Made by a program: the position numbers and the translations under genes
Source: Candidatus Saccharimonadales bacterium
GTDB lineage: Bacteria > Patescibacteriota > Saccharimonadia > Saccharimonadales > UBA10212
Length of the DNA: 64,000 nucleotides
Assembly (NCBI GenBank): GCA_035480715.1
Contig: DATIHL010000011.1
Span: 14,722-78,721 of the forward strand
Reading direction: 5' to 3'
The notes under the pieces: generated by a model
What the model saw: the letters and a program-made list of their open reading frames with translations, nothing else
Databases searched by the model: none
What the model was told of the DNA's origin: nothing
Shown: positions 18,816-29,603 of the stretch, in pieces
Position numbering within the stretch: the stretch's first letter is position 1
Layout: every line of letters starts with the position of its first letter

Positions 18816-19459
18816 TGCCCGTTATTTGCCCATCAATTTTGGCAGCTGATAAAGAAACTTATCATAAAGAAATTGATAAAGTAGTCCATTTTGCTCACCG
18901 TATCCAGGTTGATCTGACTGACGGTTTTTTTGCACCTCATAAAACAATTGGACCGGAAGATGCTTGGTGGCCAGTGGGATTTAAAGCTGATTTTCACCTA
19001 ATGTATAAAAAGCCAATATCTGCTATACAAAAAATTTTGCAACACAAGCCAAATTTAATAATTGTCCATGCCGAGGCGGATGGCGATTTTGACCAGGTGG
19101 TTTCTATTTGTCTAAACCACTCAGTCAAGCTGGGTGTAGCGCTTTTACCGACGACGCAACCCGAAGCGATTTTCTCAGCATTGGACCGAATTGATCATGT
19201 ATTAATTTTCAGTGGTGATCTTGGTAGCTACGGCGGTCACGCCGATCTAAACTTATTAGAAAAAGTAAAAGTTCTAAAGCAACAAAAACCCGACCTGGAA
19301 ATCGGTTGGGACGGGGGTGTAAACCAGCAAAATGTCTCTGAGCTAATATTTGGCGGCGTGGATGTTTTAAACGTTGGCGGTTTTATTCAAGAAGCCGAAG
19401 ATCCAGCCCGCGCTTTTCATATGCTTGGACGAATCGCCGAAGAAACCGGCACAGCATAG
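18815..19459 (+). CDS. rpe: Ribulose-phosphate 3-epimerase
   Basis: PSILA, VDLTDGFF, DFHLM, VHAE, WDGGVN; GTG start overlaps the rpiB stop. Confidence 0.9.
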   Translation: MPVICPSILAADKETYHKEIDKVVHFAHRIQVDLTDGFFAPHKTIGPEDAWWPVGFKADFHLMYKKPISAIQKILQHKPNLIIVHAEADGDFDQVVSICLNHSVKLGVALLPTTQPEAIFSALDRIDHVLIFSGDLGSYGGHADLNLLEKVKVLKQQKPDLEIGWDGGVNQQNVSELIFGGVDVLNVGGFIQEAEDPARAFHMLGRIAEETGTA

Positions 19460-19486
19460 CTTATTTGAGCTATAATCTTAAGCGAA

Positions 19487-20353
19487 ATGGCTGATAAGAA
19501 AAAAGTACATTCTTTGCCGGCTTTAGAAAAAAAAGCTAATGAAATCCGGATGGATATTATTAAAATGCTCGAGCACGCCGGCAGCGGCCACTCGGCAGGG
19601 CCGCTAGGATTAACAGACATTTTTACAGCTCTTTATTTTCAAGTTTTAAAACACGATCCTAAAAATCCTGATTGGGAAGACCGCGATATTCTGGTCTTAA
19701 GCAACGGCCACTGTGTGCCGGTGCGCTACGTCACAATGGCTCACGCTGGCTATTTTGATAAAAAAGAACTAATGACGCTGCGTCAATTCGGCTCAAGATT
19801 GCAGGGACACCCCGAGCGCCAGCGGCTGCCCGGATTGGAAACAACTAGCGGTCCCTTAGGGAGTGGGTTGAGCCAAGCCGCTGGGATGGCGCTGGCGCTA
19901 CGGATGGATAAAGCCCAGCACCGCTGGGTTTATGTAGTAATGAGCGATGGCGAACAGGACGAAGGAAACAGTTGGGAAGCTGCCATGCTGGCTGGGAAGT
20001 ATAAGCTCAATAACCTTATCGCAATTACAGATAGAAATAATATTCAAATTGACGGACCGACAGAGACAATAATGCCACTCGAGAATCTGCGCGATAAGTG
20101 GGAAGCTTTTGGTTGGCACGTGCTAGAAATTGACGGCAACGACATCGACGCAGTAATAGATGCCTGCGAAATGGCCAAAGCCATCGTTGAAAAACCGGTG
20201 ATGATTATCGCACACACAGTGCCGGGTAAAGGTGTAGATTTTATGGAGTACGACTTCCATTGGCATGGTGCTCCGCCGAATCATGAGCAGGCGGTTAAAG
20301 CCCTAAAAGAACTCCGGACACTGCAGGGCAAAATAAGATCGGAGCACGAATAA
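19487..20353 (+). CDS. tkt: Transketolase, N-terminal (TPP-binding) subunit
   Basis: SGHSAG, LSNGH, LQGHP, SDGEQDEG…N, HTVPGKG, WHG. Confidence 0.95.
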   Translation: MADKKKVHSLPALEKKANEIRMDIIKMLEHAGSGHSAGPLGLTDIFTALYFQVLKHDPKNPDWEDRDILVLSNGHCVPVRYVTMAHAGYFDKKELMTLRQFGSRLQGHPERQRLPGLETTSGPLGSGLSQAAGMALALRMDKAQHRWVYVVMSDGEQDEGNSWEAAMLAGKYKLNNLIAITDRNNIQIDGPTETIMPLENLRDKWEAFGWHVLEIDGNDIDAVIDACEMAKAIVEKPVMIIAHTVPGKGVDFMEYDFHWHGAPPNHEQAVKALKELRTLQGKIRSEHE

Positions 20354-21330
20354 TGGAAATGCATTTGGCGAAGAGCTGGGATACGGTTGAACCGATTCGC
20401 AAAGGCTATGGACGCGGACTGCTAGAAGCCGGTAAGCGTTGGGAAAATATAGTTGCCGCCTGTGCTGATTTAACCGAATCGACCCAGATGAATCTATTTG
20501 CTGAAGCTTTTCCAGAGAGATTTATCGAAGTTGGCGTAGCCGAACAAAATTTGGTAACCGTTGGCTCGGGATTAGCGGCTATGGGCAAGATCCCCTTTGT
20601 TTCGAGTTATGCAGCTTTTAGTCCCGGCCGAAATTGGGAACAGATTCGCACTACTATCGCTATCAATAATCAGCCGGTTAAAATAATTGGTTCGCATGCT
20701 GGCGTTAGCGTTGGGCCAGACGGAGCAACCCACCAAATGCTGGAAGATCTAGCCTTAATGCGGGCGCTACCTAACATGTTAGTAATTGCACCTGGCGACA
20801 GCGTTGAGGCTGAAAAAGCTACACTCGCCATGGCGGCAGATAAGCAACCAAATTACATGCGGGTCGCTCGCGAAGCCACGCCGATAATTACCACAGAACG
20901 TACGCCGTTCGAGATCGGCAAAGCCTATGTCTTCCATGAAGGCACAGAAGTGACTCTGCTGGCCACAGGTACCATGACGTATCAGGCTATGGAGGCCGCC
21001 AGAATTCTTGCCAAAGATGGCATAGATGCAGAGGTGGTCCATGTGCCAACTATAAAGCCGCTAGATACTGAAACCATTCTGGAGAGTGTGCGTAAAACCC
21101 GGCACGTTGTGACAGCCGAAGAGGCGCAAGTCAACGGCGGATTTGGCGGCGCGATCGCTGAACTACTGGGTGAGAATTTGCCAACACCGCTATTTAGGAT
21201 TGGAATGAGGGACAGGTTTGGCGAAAGCGGCAAACCGGATGAACTTTTAAAACATTTTGGCTTGGACGCGGATCATATAGCTATGGCCGCTCATCACCTA
21301 CTACTAGACCACACCAACCACAAGCACTAG
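20353..21330 (+). CDS. tkt: Transketolase, C-terminal subunit
   Basis: ADLTEST, GVAEQN, GPDGATHQ, TIKPLD, TAEEA. Confidence 0.95.
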   Translation: MEMHLAKSWDTVEPIRKGYGRGLLEAGKRWENIVAACADLTESTQMNLFAEAFPERFIEVGVAEQNLVTVGSGLAAMGKIPFVSSYAAFSPGRNWEQIRTTIAINNQPVKIIGSHAGVSVGPDGATHQMLEDLALMRALPNMLVIAPGDSVEAEKATLAMAADKQPNYMRVAREATPIITTERTPFEIGKAYVFHEGTEVTLLATGTMTYQAMEAARILAKDGIDAEVVHVPTIKPLDTETILESVRKTRHVVTAEEAQVNGGFGGAIAELLGENLPTPLFRIGMRDRFGESGKPDELLKHFGLDADHIAMAAHHLLLDHTNHKH

Positions 21331-21334
21331 TTAA

Positions 21335-22222
21335 ATGAGCTGGCAATCACTCATTTTAATCCAGGCTTTTTTAACCGCACTAGCGACTATTATTACAAGA
21401 GTGCTAGCGCGCGATCGAAAGACGGCGAACGCCAGCATGGCAATTACGGCTAGCTGGTTTATTCTTTTATATATTTGCGGGATAGCCTTTTTGCCATGGT
21501 TTGGCCACGTGCACTCTCAAAGCTTTTTCCACTACGGCTGGCGATTCGTACTAGGCGGCACGGCATTCGCCCTTAATAACATCCTTACCTACAAGGCATT
21601 CGTATACTTAGACGCCACTATTGGCAGCATATTGGGAACTATTGCAGCTCTTTTTACCGTTATCGGTGCAGCTTTAATATTGAATGAGGAGCTATCAGTC
21701 ACTCAGGCAGTCGGAGCAATGATGCTGATCCTTGCAATTATTTATGGTGTTCTAGCTACAAGGGTAAAACCGTCAAAAAAGACACACAGAACCCTCATCA
21801 TCGGCGCCATATATGTTGTGGCCGCGAGTGCATTTTATGCAGTTGCGGCGGTCAACGAAAAATCGTTGCTCAGTCACGTCTCCGTAGGTGATTATATTGT
21901 CTTTGGCTGGGGCTGGCAGACGATTATGGCTGTTGCTGCAGCGCTGCTAATTCAGCCCAGAGCCTTTAAGCTACTTTTAAGGCCTGCAGTACTAAGATGG
22001 ACGGCGTTGCTAGGTATTTTACGGGCAGTATCGGGACTTTGCTTTATGCTATCGCAAATCAGGAGCAATAATGTGGCCTTAGTCACAGTAATATCTAATT
22101 TCAGGCTAATCATTGTGGTTATACTGGGTTTTTGGCTTTTGAAAGAGAGGCAAAAAATTACTCAGAAATTCATAGCTACCGGAGCCGCTACTATAGCTCT
22201 TATAATAATCTTTTGGAAATGA
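21335..22222 (+). CDS. EamA/DMT family transporter
   Basis: About 10 TM segments in two repeats, ending LILNEE and LLKER. Confidence 0.8.
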   Translation: MSWQSLILIQAFLTALATIITRVLARDRKTANASMAITASWFILLYICGIAFLPWFGHVHSQSFFHYGWRFVLGGTAFALNNILTYKAFVYLDATIGSILGTIAALFTVIGAALILNEELSVTQAVGAMMLILAIIYGVLATRVKPSKKTHRTLIIGAIYVVAASAFYAVAAVNEKSLLSHVSVGDYIVFGWGWQTIMAVAAALLIQPRAFKLLLRPAVLRWTALLGILRAVSGLCFMLSQIRSNNVALVTVISNFRLIIVVILGFWLLKERQKITQKFIATGAATIALIIIFWK

Positions 22223-22263
22223 TTGCCGCATTACGCTTAAGCTTCTACAATTAGGCTTGAGTT

Positions 22264-23178
22264 ATGTCACTTGAATTAGCTAAAGTCCGCAGGAACTGCG
22301 AGCTAGCTCGGGCCGCTTTTGAACGCGCCAGAGAGGGCCATTTTGCTTTGGGCGCATTTAATCTGGATAACCAGGAAACTTTGGTTGCGGTAGTGCGGGC
22401 GGCGATCGCCAAAAAAGCGCCGGTTTTGGTAGAAGTTAGTCAAGGCGAAGTTGAGGCCATGGGCTTAGATAACGTGCGTGATTTAGTAGACAACTATAAA
22501 GTGCAGTACGGTGTCGAGATGTATATCAATCTTGACCACAGCCCTACTGTTAAGGATGCAATTGCCGGAATTAATGCCGGCTTTGAATGCATACATATAG
22601 ATATTTCGCAGGCTAAGCACGATGCCACGGATGAAGAAATTCTGGCAAAGACAAGAGAAGTCGTGCAAGCAGCAAAGTTGACTGGCGCGATTGTAGAAGC
22701 CGAGCCCCACTATTTTGCCGGCAGCAGCAACATGCACACAGAAAAAATAGATTACGCAGATATTAAAAAATATTTTACCAAGCCTGAAGAGGCCAAAAAA
22801 TTCGTTGAGGATACAGGCATTGATACATACGCGGCCGCTATTGGTAACTTGCACGGTCATTACCCGGTACCAAAAATTTTGGATCTAGACCTACTGCGAC
22901 AAATAAAAGACGCGCTTGATTGCAATATATCTCTCCATGGTGGTAGCGATACACCAAAGCACTACTTTATAGAAGCGGTCAAAATCGGCGTAACCAAGAT
23001 AAACATCAACTCTGATATGCGCATTGCCTACCGCGACACCCTCGAGAAAGTCCTAAAAGAAAATAAATCTGAGTACGCAGTAGTAAAGTTGATGGGGCAA
23101 GTCATAGACGAGGTCCAAAAGGTCGTGGAATCCAAAATAGATACTTTCAATAGCGCCGGCAAAGCCAAAATTTCTTAA
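22264..23178 (+). CDS. fba: Class II fructose-bisphosphate aldolase
   Basis: GAFN, NLDH, IGNLHG, SLHGGS, KININ. Confidence 0.95.
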   Translation: MSLELAKVRRNCELARAAFERAREGHFALGAFNLDNQETLVAVVRAAIAKKAPVLVEVSQGEVEAMGLDNVRDLVDNYKVQYGVEMYINLDHSPTVKDAIAGINAGFECIHIDISQAKHDATDEEILAKTREVVQAAKLTGAIVEAEPHYFAGSSNMHTEKIDYADIKKYFTKPEEAKKFVEDTGIDTYAAAIGNLHGHYPVPKILDLDLLRQIKDALDCNISLHGGSDTPKHYFIEAVKIGVTKININSDMRIAYRDTLEKVLKENKSEYAVVKLMGQVIDEVQKVVESKIDTFNSAGKAKIS

Positions 23179-23207
23179 CTTCTTATGCTAAAATAGCCGT
23201 AAGGATT

Positions 23208-24218
23208 ATGGCAGAGTCACAACTGGATGTTTTAAGTGTCGGCAACGTTGTTAATGATATCTTCATCCGTTTACTTGACGATCAAGCAAAACTCGAAGAT
23301 TCTGCACATGGCCCAACTATAAGTATGCCTTATGGGGCCAAAGTACCTTTTGATTTCTCAGAAAAGATTGTTGCAGTCGGGAATGCACCGAATGCCGCGG
23401 TAGCATTTTCAAGGCTTGGTTTAAAGAGTGGATTAGCTTCTAATGTGGGCGAAGATGATGATGGCCGCGACATTATTAAACAGCTGCAAAAATCACGTGT
23501 CGATACTAGGTTTGTTCATATCAATCCAGGTAAGAAAAGCCAAACTCACTTTGTTTTATGGTACAAGGAGGATCGCACAATATTAGTGCGAGACCAGATA
23601 GATTATGAATATCACTGGCCTCGTTTTCGTATAATTGACCTTCCAAAATGGATTTACTTTAGTTCAGTTGGTAAATCGGCTGTAGAATATGACGATGCTA
23701 TAACCCACTGGCTTGAAGCTCATCCTGCCATAAAACTAGCCCTTCAGCCAGGAACATTTCAAATTCAAACCGGCACAGAGCGCCTAAAAAGATTATATGC
23801 ACGTACACAAGTGCTAGCAGTCAATAGAGAAGAGGCCGCAACTATCGTGGGCGGGCACCATGATAATGTTCACGCACTGTTGGATAAACTCCACGAGCTT
23901 GGGCCAAAGGTAGTTGTAATTAGCGATGGGCATGCTGGTGCCTACGCTAGTGATGGCGTTAACAGATATAAAATGCCAATTTATCCCGATCCAAAGCCGC
24001 CATTTGAGCGTACCGGTGCAGGCGATGCATTTACTTCTACGTTTGTCGCAGCCATGATTCACGGCGCTGATATAGCCGGAGCTCTGCTATGGGCGCCGAT
24101 AAATCCAATGAGTGTAGTTCAAAAAGTCGGAGCTCAAGCCGGCTTACTAACACAAAAAGAGATAGAACACTTCTTGCGCATCGCGCCAGAAAGCTACCAC
24201 CCTGAAAGGCTACGCTAA
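23208..24218 (+). CDS. PfkB/ribokinase family carbohydrate kinase
   Basis: GNAPNAAV, VGEDDDG, NREEA, TGAGDAF. Confidence 0.9.
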   Translation: MAESQLDVLSVGNVVNDIFIRLLDDQAKLEDSAHGPTISMPYGAKVPFDFSEKIVAVGNAPNAAVAFSRLGLKSGLASNVGEDDDGRDIIKQLQKSRVDTRFVHINPGKKSQTHFVLWYKEDRTILVRDQIDYEYHWPRFRIIDLPKWIYFSSVGKSAVEYDDAITHWLEAHPAIKLALQPGTFQIQTGTERLKRLYARTQVLAVNREEAATIVGGHHDNVHALLDKLHELGPKVVVISDGHAGAYASDGVNRYKMPIYPDPKPPFERTGAGDAFTSTFVAAMIHGADIAGALLWAPINPMSVVQKVGAQAGLLTQKEIEHFLRIAPESYHPERLR

Positions 24219-24219
24219 T

Positions 24220-25275
24220 ATGTCAAAATACTTTGCAAAGCTATTAGCCGAACCAGAAGTGAAAATCGCCAAAACTATCGCCAAGATGGAAGAGGTATGT
24301 GGCTATCCAAGCGAAGATGTCCGACTGGTGGCCGAAAATAAGCAACAACTGCGCATAAAAGTTAAACAACTGAGTTTGGACCCTGATGATACGACCGATG
24401 AAGAATTATATTATGCGCTTATTACTAAATATCAAGACGATAGCAATAGGCTAAATAAAGCTCTAGGCGTACACGCAGACACGGATTTTGACGAAAGATT
24501 GGCCAAAGCCAGGCAGCTTGTAAGTCACTGCGCATCATCAGATGAGATGTGGGTGATAAAAAATTCCGTTGTCAAAACGGCTCTGGTTAACAATCCACCA
24601 AAACAGGTATCTAAAAGGCTGCACTTCCGCTCAGCAGCTTCTATGATTAAGAGAGAGGATCTGGCAGAGATTTATCTGGCCGCAGTTTATTTAGAATCAG
24701 CTACTTGGCGAAAGAAAGTTTCACAGCAGTTGTCTAAAACCAGCACCGCTGACTACGAACTTCGATCAATAAAGATTGTTAAGTTGTCTTTTGAGCGTTG
24801 GGGGAAAATTAATGGTCCTGCGTCTTATATTGTGAGCGACCCACGAATGGGGGCAGTTGCACTATGGCCATCGACAGAATTAAAAAATGCATCAGTGCTC
24901 AGCCTAACCCTGCTACTACTCGATGGGCTACAAGCTATCAACCCGAGCGGTTACTCGGAGTTGCTACACGAATTGAGTCCAGCTTTACGCTGGTGGACAG
25001 ATAACAAATATTTAATTTCAGATGGTGATTATTCTGTTTCATTTAACCTTAAAGACGTTGCGCTCAATCATTTGCAGAATAACAATCTAAGTCAAGCGGT
25101 AGCACATCACGGCAGAGAATCCCTGTGGCAGGAACTAGCTAGTCGCTATAAGATCATTTCTAGTTCTTTATCCGACTCAATCCCTGATATCCAGTACAAC
25201 TTCAATAAGGCAAAAAACGTCCCGGCTCTACCTATCAACGATGAGCTTGCGGCCGAATATATTACAGTAGAGTAA
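24220..25275 (+). CDS. Hypothetical protein
   Basis: 351-aa ORF starting 1 nt after the pfkB stop; no motif recognised. Confidence 0.75.
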   Translation: MSKYFAKLLAEPEVKIAKTIAKMEEVCGYPSEDVRLVAENKQQLRIKVKQLSLDPDDTTDEELYYALITKYQDDSNRLNKALGVHADTDFDERLAKARQLVSHCASSDEMWVIKNSVVKTALVNNPPKQVSKRLHFRSAASMIKREDLAEIYLAAVYLESATWRKKVSQQLSKTSTADYELRSIKIVKLSFERWGKINGPASYIVSDPRMGAVALWPSTELKNASVLSLTLLLLDGLQAINPSGYSELLHELSPALRWWTDNKYLISDGDYSVSFNLKDVALNHLQNNNLSQAVAHHGRESLWQELASRYKIISSSLSDSIPDIQYNFNKAKNVPALPINDELAAEYITVE

Positions 25276-25281
25276 AGATAT

Positions 25282-25854
25282 ATGGGTGGAAAATATCAGA
25301 TTTGCGTTTCCGGAGCTGCCAAGGGCGACAGTGTTGAACACGGCTATAAATTAGCTGAAGAGATTGGAGCATCCATAGCCAAAGCTGGCCATAGTTTGAT
25401 GACCGGTGCCACTAATGGATTGCCGGATTACGCTGCCATTGGTTATAAGAAGGCTGGCGGCAAAATGAGCTTTGGCTTGAGTCCGGCGTCCACTAAAGTT
25501 GAGCACGTAGTAAAATATCGCCTGCCTACCGAAAACTACGACGCGATTTTGTATACCGGCTTACATTACGGCGGACGCGATGCGCTCTTGATAAATTCGG
25601 CCGATGCAGTAGTCACTATAGGTGGTCGTCTTGGAACGCTCCACGAATTCACCATAGCTGCCGAAACTCACACCCCGATCGGAGTATTAGAAAGCGCCGG
25701 TGGTGTCAGTGCCCAAATTGAGATGCTGCTAAAACTCTTGCCAAATGCCAATCCCGATTTGGTAATTTTCGAAGAAGACCCGGATAAACTGATTACCAAG
25801 CTGACTCACATGCTCGATAAGCTACACAGCTCTTATCACCATCTCTACAAATAG
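25282..25854 (+). CDS. LOG/SLOG family nucleotide-binding protein
   Basis: TGATNGLP, GLSP, YTG, GGRLGTLHEF. Confidence 0.85.
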   Translation: MGGKYQICVSGAAKGDSVEHGYKLAEEIGASIAKAGHSLMTGATNGLPDYAAIGYKKAGGKMSFGLSPASTKVEHVVKYRLPTENYDAILYTGLHYGGRDALLINSADAVVTIGGRLGTLHEFTIAAETHTPIGVLESAGGVSAQIEMLLKLLPNANPDLVIFEEDPDKLITKLTHMLDKLHSSYHHLYK

Positions 25855-25881
25855 AGATAAATTCGTTGCTACAATTAAGGG

Positions 25882-27840
25882 ATGGCTAAATTCCATCTGA
25901 GGAGTGATTATAAGCCGACGGGAGACCAGCCGGCGGCGATTGCTAAATTGAGCGAAGGTATAAGCACCGGCGAAAAACATCAAACTCTGCTTGGAGTAAC
26001 GGGTAGCGGCAAAACCTTCACAATGGCTAATGTAGTTAATAATATCCAGCGGCCAACGTTAGTACTTTCGCACAACAAAACTCTAGCAGCCCAGCTTTAC
26101 AATGAGTTCCGCCAGTTTTTTCCGGATAACGCCGTCCATTATTTTGTCAGCTACTTTGATTATTATCAGCCGGAAGCTTATGTGCCCAGAACCGATACCT
26201 ATATAGAAAAAGACAGCGACATTAATGAGGAGATAGACCGACTTCGCCACGCCGCTACCGAAGCATTATTGTCACGGCGCGATGTACTTATTGTTGCAAG
26301 CGTTTCGTGTATTTACGGTATTGGATCGGTTGAAGACTATGCAAATATGACCGTTAAGCTCAAAAAAGGCGAGCGGCGCTTGCGCGACAAATTGCTGCGT
26401 CAATTAACGGATATCCAATACCACCGCAATGATATGGCTTTCGAGAGAGGGAACTTTAGGGTACGCGGCGACGTAGTTGACGTTTTTCCGGCTGGAGATG
26501 AAGCTGCCTACCGCATTGAATTTTTCGGGGACGAAGTAGAGAAAATGACCCAAATTAACCCATTGACAGGCGAGATTGAAAAAATACTTGACACGTTAAG
26601 CATTTTTCCGGGCAGCCATTATGTAACCCCGGAAGAAAAGCTTAAAAAAGCTATTGTAAAGATCCAGGCCGAAACGGATGAGCGGCTTAAGTGGTTCAAA
26701 GATCATGGGAAGTTATTGGAGGCTCAACGCTTAGAACAACGTGTGAAGTTTGATATCGAGATGCTCGAGCAAACCGGTTTTGTAAAAGGCATCGAAAACT
26801 ACAGCCGCTATTTGACTGACCGCGAGGAGGGCGAACAGCCAGCTACTCTTTTAGATTACTTCCCGGATGATTACATGATGTTCATAGACGAGTCGCACAT
26901 GAGCATTCCGCAGGTGCGTGGCATGTACCACGGTGACCGTTCGCGCAAGGAAGTGTTGGTAGAACATGGGTTCCGTTTGCCCAGCGCCCTAGATAACCGT
27001 CCGCTGACTTTCAGCGAGTTTGAGCGTCACATGAATCAAGTCGTTTACGTTAGTGCTACACCAGCGGAATATGAACTTTCGCGCAGCAAAGAGCCAGTGC
27101 AGCAAATTATCCGGCCAACCGGTTTAATCGATCCACAGATTGATATAAGGCCAATTGATGGGCAGATCGATGATCTGATCAGCGAGATTAGAAAAACCGT
27201 CGAGAAAAAACAAAGGGTATTAGTAACTACATTAACCAAGCGCATGGCAGAAGATCTGGCTGAGTATTTGGGCGAGTTGAATATAAAAGTAACTTATCTA
27301 CATAGCGAAATCGACACCCTGGAACGCACTGACGTGCTGCGTGACCTACGTTTGGGTGTTTATGACGTACTCGTTGGCATAAACTTGTTGCGTGAAGGGT
27401 TGGACCTGCCCGAAGTAAGTCTAGTAGCTATTATTGACGCCGATAAAGAAGGTTTTTTGCGTAGCGAGCAGGCGTTAATTCAAACAGTTGGACGTGCCGC
27501 TCGGCATGTTGAGGGACGGGTGCTGATGTATGCCGACCACGTAACCGGTAGCATGAAACGCGCCATCGACGAAACCAACCGCCGCCGAAACGTCCAGGAA
27601 GCTTACAATAAAAAACACGGCATTACGCCAATTAGCATCAGCCGGGAAGTGTCGGAAATGCTACCCCGCGCGGTGAAGGAAGAAAAGTCCAAACTTGATC
27701 TAAAGAAAATTCCTAAGGAGGAATACGATTACCTGATACGCGATCTGACTTCGCAAATGGACTTAGCAGCAGCTAATTTGGAGTTTGAAAAGGCAGCCGA
27801 GCTGCGTGATTTAATCGCTGAAGTCAAAGCTAAATTGTAG
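25882..27840 (+). CDS. uvrB: Excinuclease ABC subunit B
   Basis: [31 protein letters not shown]-terminal UVR domain. Confidence 0.98.
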   Translation: MAKFHLRSDYKPTGDQPAAIAKLSEGISTGEKHQTLLGVTGSGKTFTMANVVNNIQRPTLVLSHNKTLAAQLYNEFRQFFPDNAVHYFVSYFDYYQPEAYVPRTDTYIEKDSDINEEIDRLRHAATEALLSRRDVLIVASVSCIYGIGSVEDYANMTVKLKKGERRLRDKLLRQLTDIQYHRNDMAFERGNFRVRGDVVDVFPAGDEAAYRIEFFGDEVEKMTQINPLTGEIEKILDTLSIFPGSHYVTPEEKLKKAIVKIQAETDERLKWFKDHGKLLEAQRLEQRVKFDIEMLEQTGFVKGIENYSRYLTDREEGEQPATLLDYFPDDYMMFIDESHMSIPQVRGMYHGDRSRKEVLVEHGFRLPSALDNRPLTFSEFERHMNQVVYVSATPAEYELSRSKEPVQQIIRPTGLIDPQIDIRPIDGQIDDLISEIRKTVEKKQRVLVTTLTKRMAEDLAEYLGELNIKVTYLHSEIDTLERTDVLRDLRLGVYDVLVGINLLREGLDLPEVSLVAIIDADKEGFLRSEQALIQTVGRAARHVEGRVLMYADHVTGSMKRAIDETNRRRNVQEAYNKKHGITPISISREVSEMLPRAVKEEKSKLDLKKIPKEEYDYLIRDLTSQMDLAAANLEFEKAAELRDLIAEVKAKL

Positions 27841-27881
27841 AAATCTACATCTGATATTCTGCTATACTACATCTATAAAGT

Positions 27882-28175
27882 ATGAGTAAGCTTACCAGGG
27901 ACCAGGTCTTAAAATTGGCTCAGCTGAGCCGGCTAAAACTAACAGAAGAAGAGATTGAGCGCTTCAGTAAAGAACTGTCTGAAATTTTATCTTACGTTGA
28001 GATGCTCGATAAAGCTGACATACAGGGACTGGAACCTACTTATCAAGTAACTGGTCTTAAGAATGTGATGCGCGAGGACGAGGTGATTGATTATCAGACG
28101 AAGCCAAAAGATTTGTTGGCTGGCGCACCAGCTATAGAAAAAAACCAGTTCAAGGTTAAAAGAGTCCTAGGTTAA
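27882..28175 (+). CDS. gatC: Asp/Glu-tRNA amidotransferase subunit C
   Basis: LAQLSRL, NVMRED, FKVKRV; precedes gatA. Confidence 0.95.
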   Translation: MSKLTRDQVLKLAQLSRLKLTEEEIERFSKELSEILSYVEMLDKADIQGLEPTYQVTGLKNVMREDEVIDYQTKPKDLLAGAPAIEKNQFKVKRVLG

Positions 28176-28178
28176 TTT

Positions 28179-29603
28179 ATGGGATCTTGGCCAAAAATAG
28201 CCGATATATCTTTGCGGGTTCAGAAAGGCGAGCTTAAAGCTGCTGATTTAGTCAAACAATCCATAGAGTTGATCGAGCAGAATAAAGATTACGGCGCTAT
28301 TATTTCTGTAACTGAAGAGAGGGCGGTCGAACGCGCAAAAAAAATTGACGAAAAAGCTCAAAAAGGCGAGGCGATCGGGCCGCTAGCGGGTGTGCCGTTT
28401 ATTGCCAAGGACAATTTTTTGACGTTTGGCGGTAAAACCACAGCCGCAGCCAACTATCTGAAGAATTTTGAAGCGCCTTATCAATCTACAGCCATCGAGA
28501 AGCTAGAAGCAGCCGGCGCTATTTGTGTGGCAAAATCGAACTTGGATGCCTGGGCACACGGCAGCAGTACCGAAAATAGCGATTTTTTTGTAACCAAGAA
28601 TCCCCATGATAAAACTCGCGTAGCCGGCGGTAGCTCGGGGGGTTCGGCGGCATCAGTAGTTTTAGATATGGTTCCATTCGCACTGGGAACAGATACAGGC
28701 GGCTCTGTCCGCTTACCTGCTAGTTTCTGCGGCGCGGTAGGTCTAAAACCAACTTATGGTTTGATATCTCGTTCAGGCATTGTGGCTATGGCTAGCAGTA
28801 CAGATGTAGTTGGTACTATGGCTCGAAACGCCGACGATGTGGCTGCCGTAGTCGATGTCATGGCGGGCCGTGACGACCTGGATAGCACAACTATCGAACG
28901 AGATAAGAAGTCCTATACTGAACTTCCTGCAGAACTAAGTGGCAAAAAGATAGGAATAATAAAAGAATGCTTTGAGGAGGGCTTGGACGCAGACGTTAAA
29001 ACAGCAATGGGGGGAGCCATTGATAGGCTCAAAAAAGGCGGAGCTGAAGTTAGCGAAGTTAGTCTACCGAGTCTGCCCCTAGCACTGGCAGTTTACTATA
29101 TCGTTTGCCCAGCTGAAGTTAGTAGTAACTTGGCGCGTTATGACGGTCAAAGATACGGATACTCCAGCCAAAATGCCAAAGATGTAGAGGAAAGTTACCT
29201 GTTGAGCCGCGAAGAAGGTTTTGGCGCCGAGGCCAAACGCCGAATAATGATCGGCACATATGTGCTTTCTAGTGGTTACTACGATGCTTATTATAAAAAA
29301 GCCCAAACCGTACGGACAAAAATCATCAATGAATTTAAAAACGCTTTTCAAAAATTCGATTTCTTGGTTGGCCCCACCTGTCCAACAACGGCATTCAAAA
29401 TTGGCGAGCGGGTTAGTGATCCGCTGCAAATGTACTTAACCGACATAATGATGGTAGCCGCTAATATATCTGGTAATCCGGCTATTAGCGTCCCGGCAGG
29501 CAATGCTGATGGGCTGCCGGTCGGGCTACAAATAATCGCGCCCCAAAAAGCTGATCGTGAATTGCTTGGAATAGCTAAAGCCTTTGAGGAGACCGACCAG
29601 TGA
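28179..29603 (+). CDS. gatA: Asp/Glu-tRNA amidotransferase subunit A
   Basis: KDN, GGSSGGS, GTDTGGSVR, SSNLARYDG, RRIMIGTYVLSSGYYDAYY. Confidence 0.97.
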   Translation: MGSWPKIADISLRVQKGELKAADLVKQSIELIEQNKDYGAIISVTEERAVERAKKIDEKAQKGEAIGPLAGVPFIAKDNFLTFGGKTTAAANYLKNFEAPYQSTAIEKLEAAGAICVAKSNLDAWAHGSSTENSDFFVTKNPHDKTRVAGGSSGGSAASVVLDMVPFALGTDTGGSVRLPASFCGAVGLKPTYGLISRSGIVAMASSTDVVGTMARNADDVAAVVDVMAGRDDLDSTTIERDKKSYTELPAELSGKKIGIIKECFEEGLDADVKTAMGGAIDRLKKGGAEVSEVSLPSLPLALAVYYIVCPAEVSSNLARYDGQRYGYSSQNAKDVEESYLLSREEGFGAEAKRRIMIGTYVLSSGYYDAYYKKAQTVRTKIINEFKNAFQKFDFLVGPTCPTTAFKIGERVSDPLQMYLTDIMMVAANISGNPAISVPAGNADGLPVGLQIIAPQKADRELLGIAKAFEETDQ

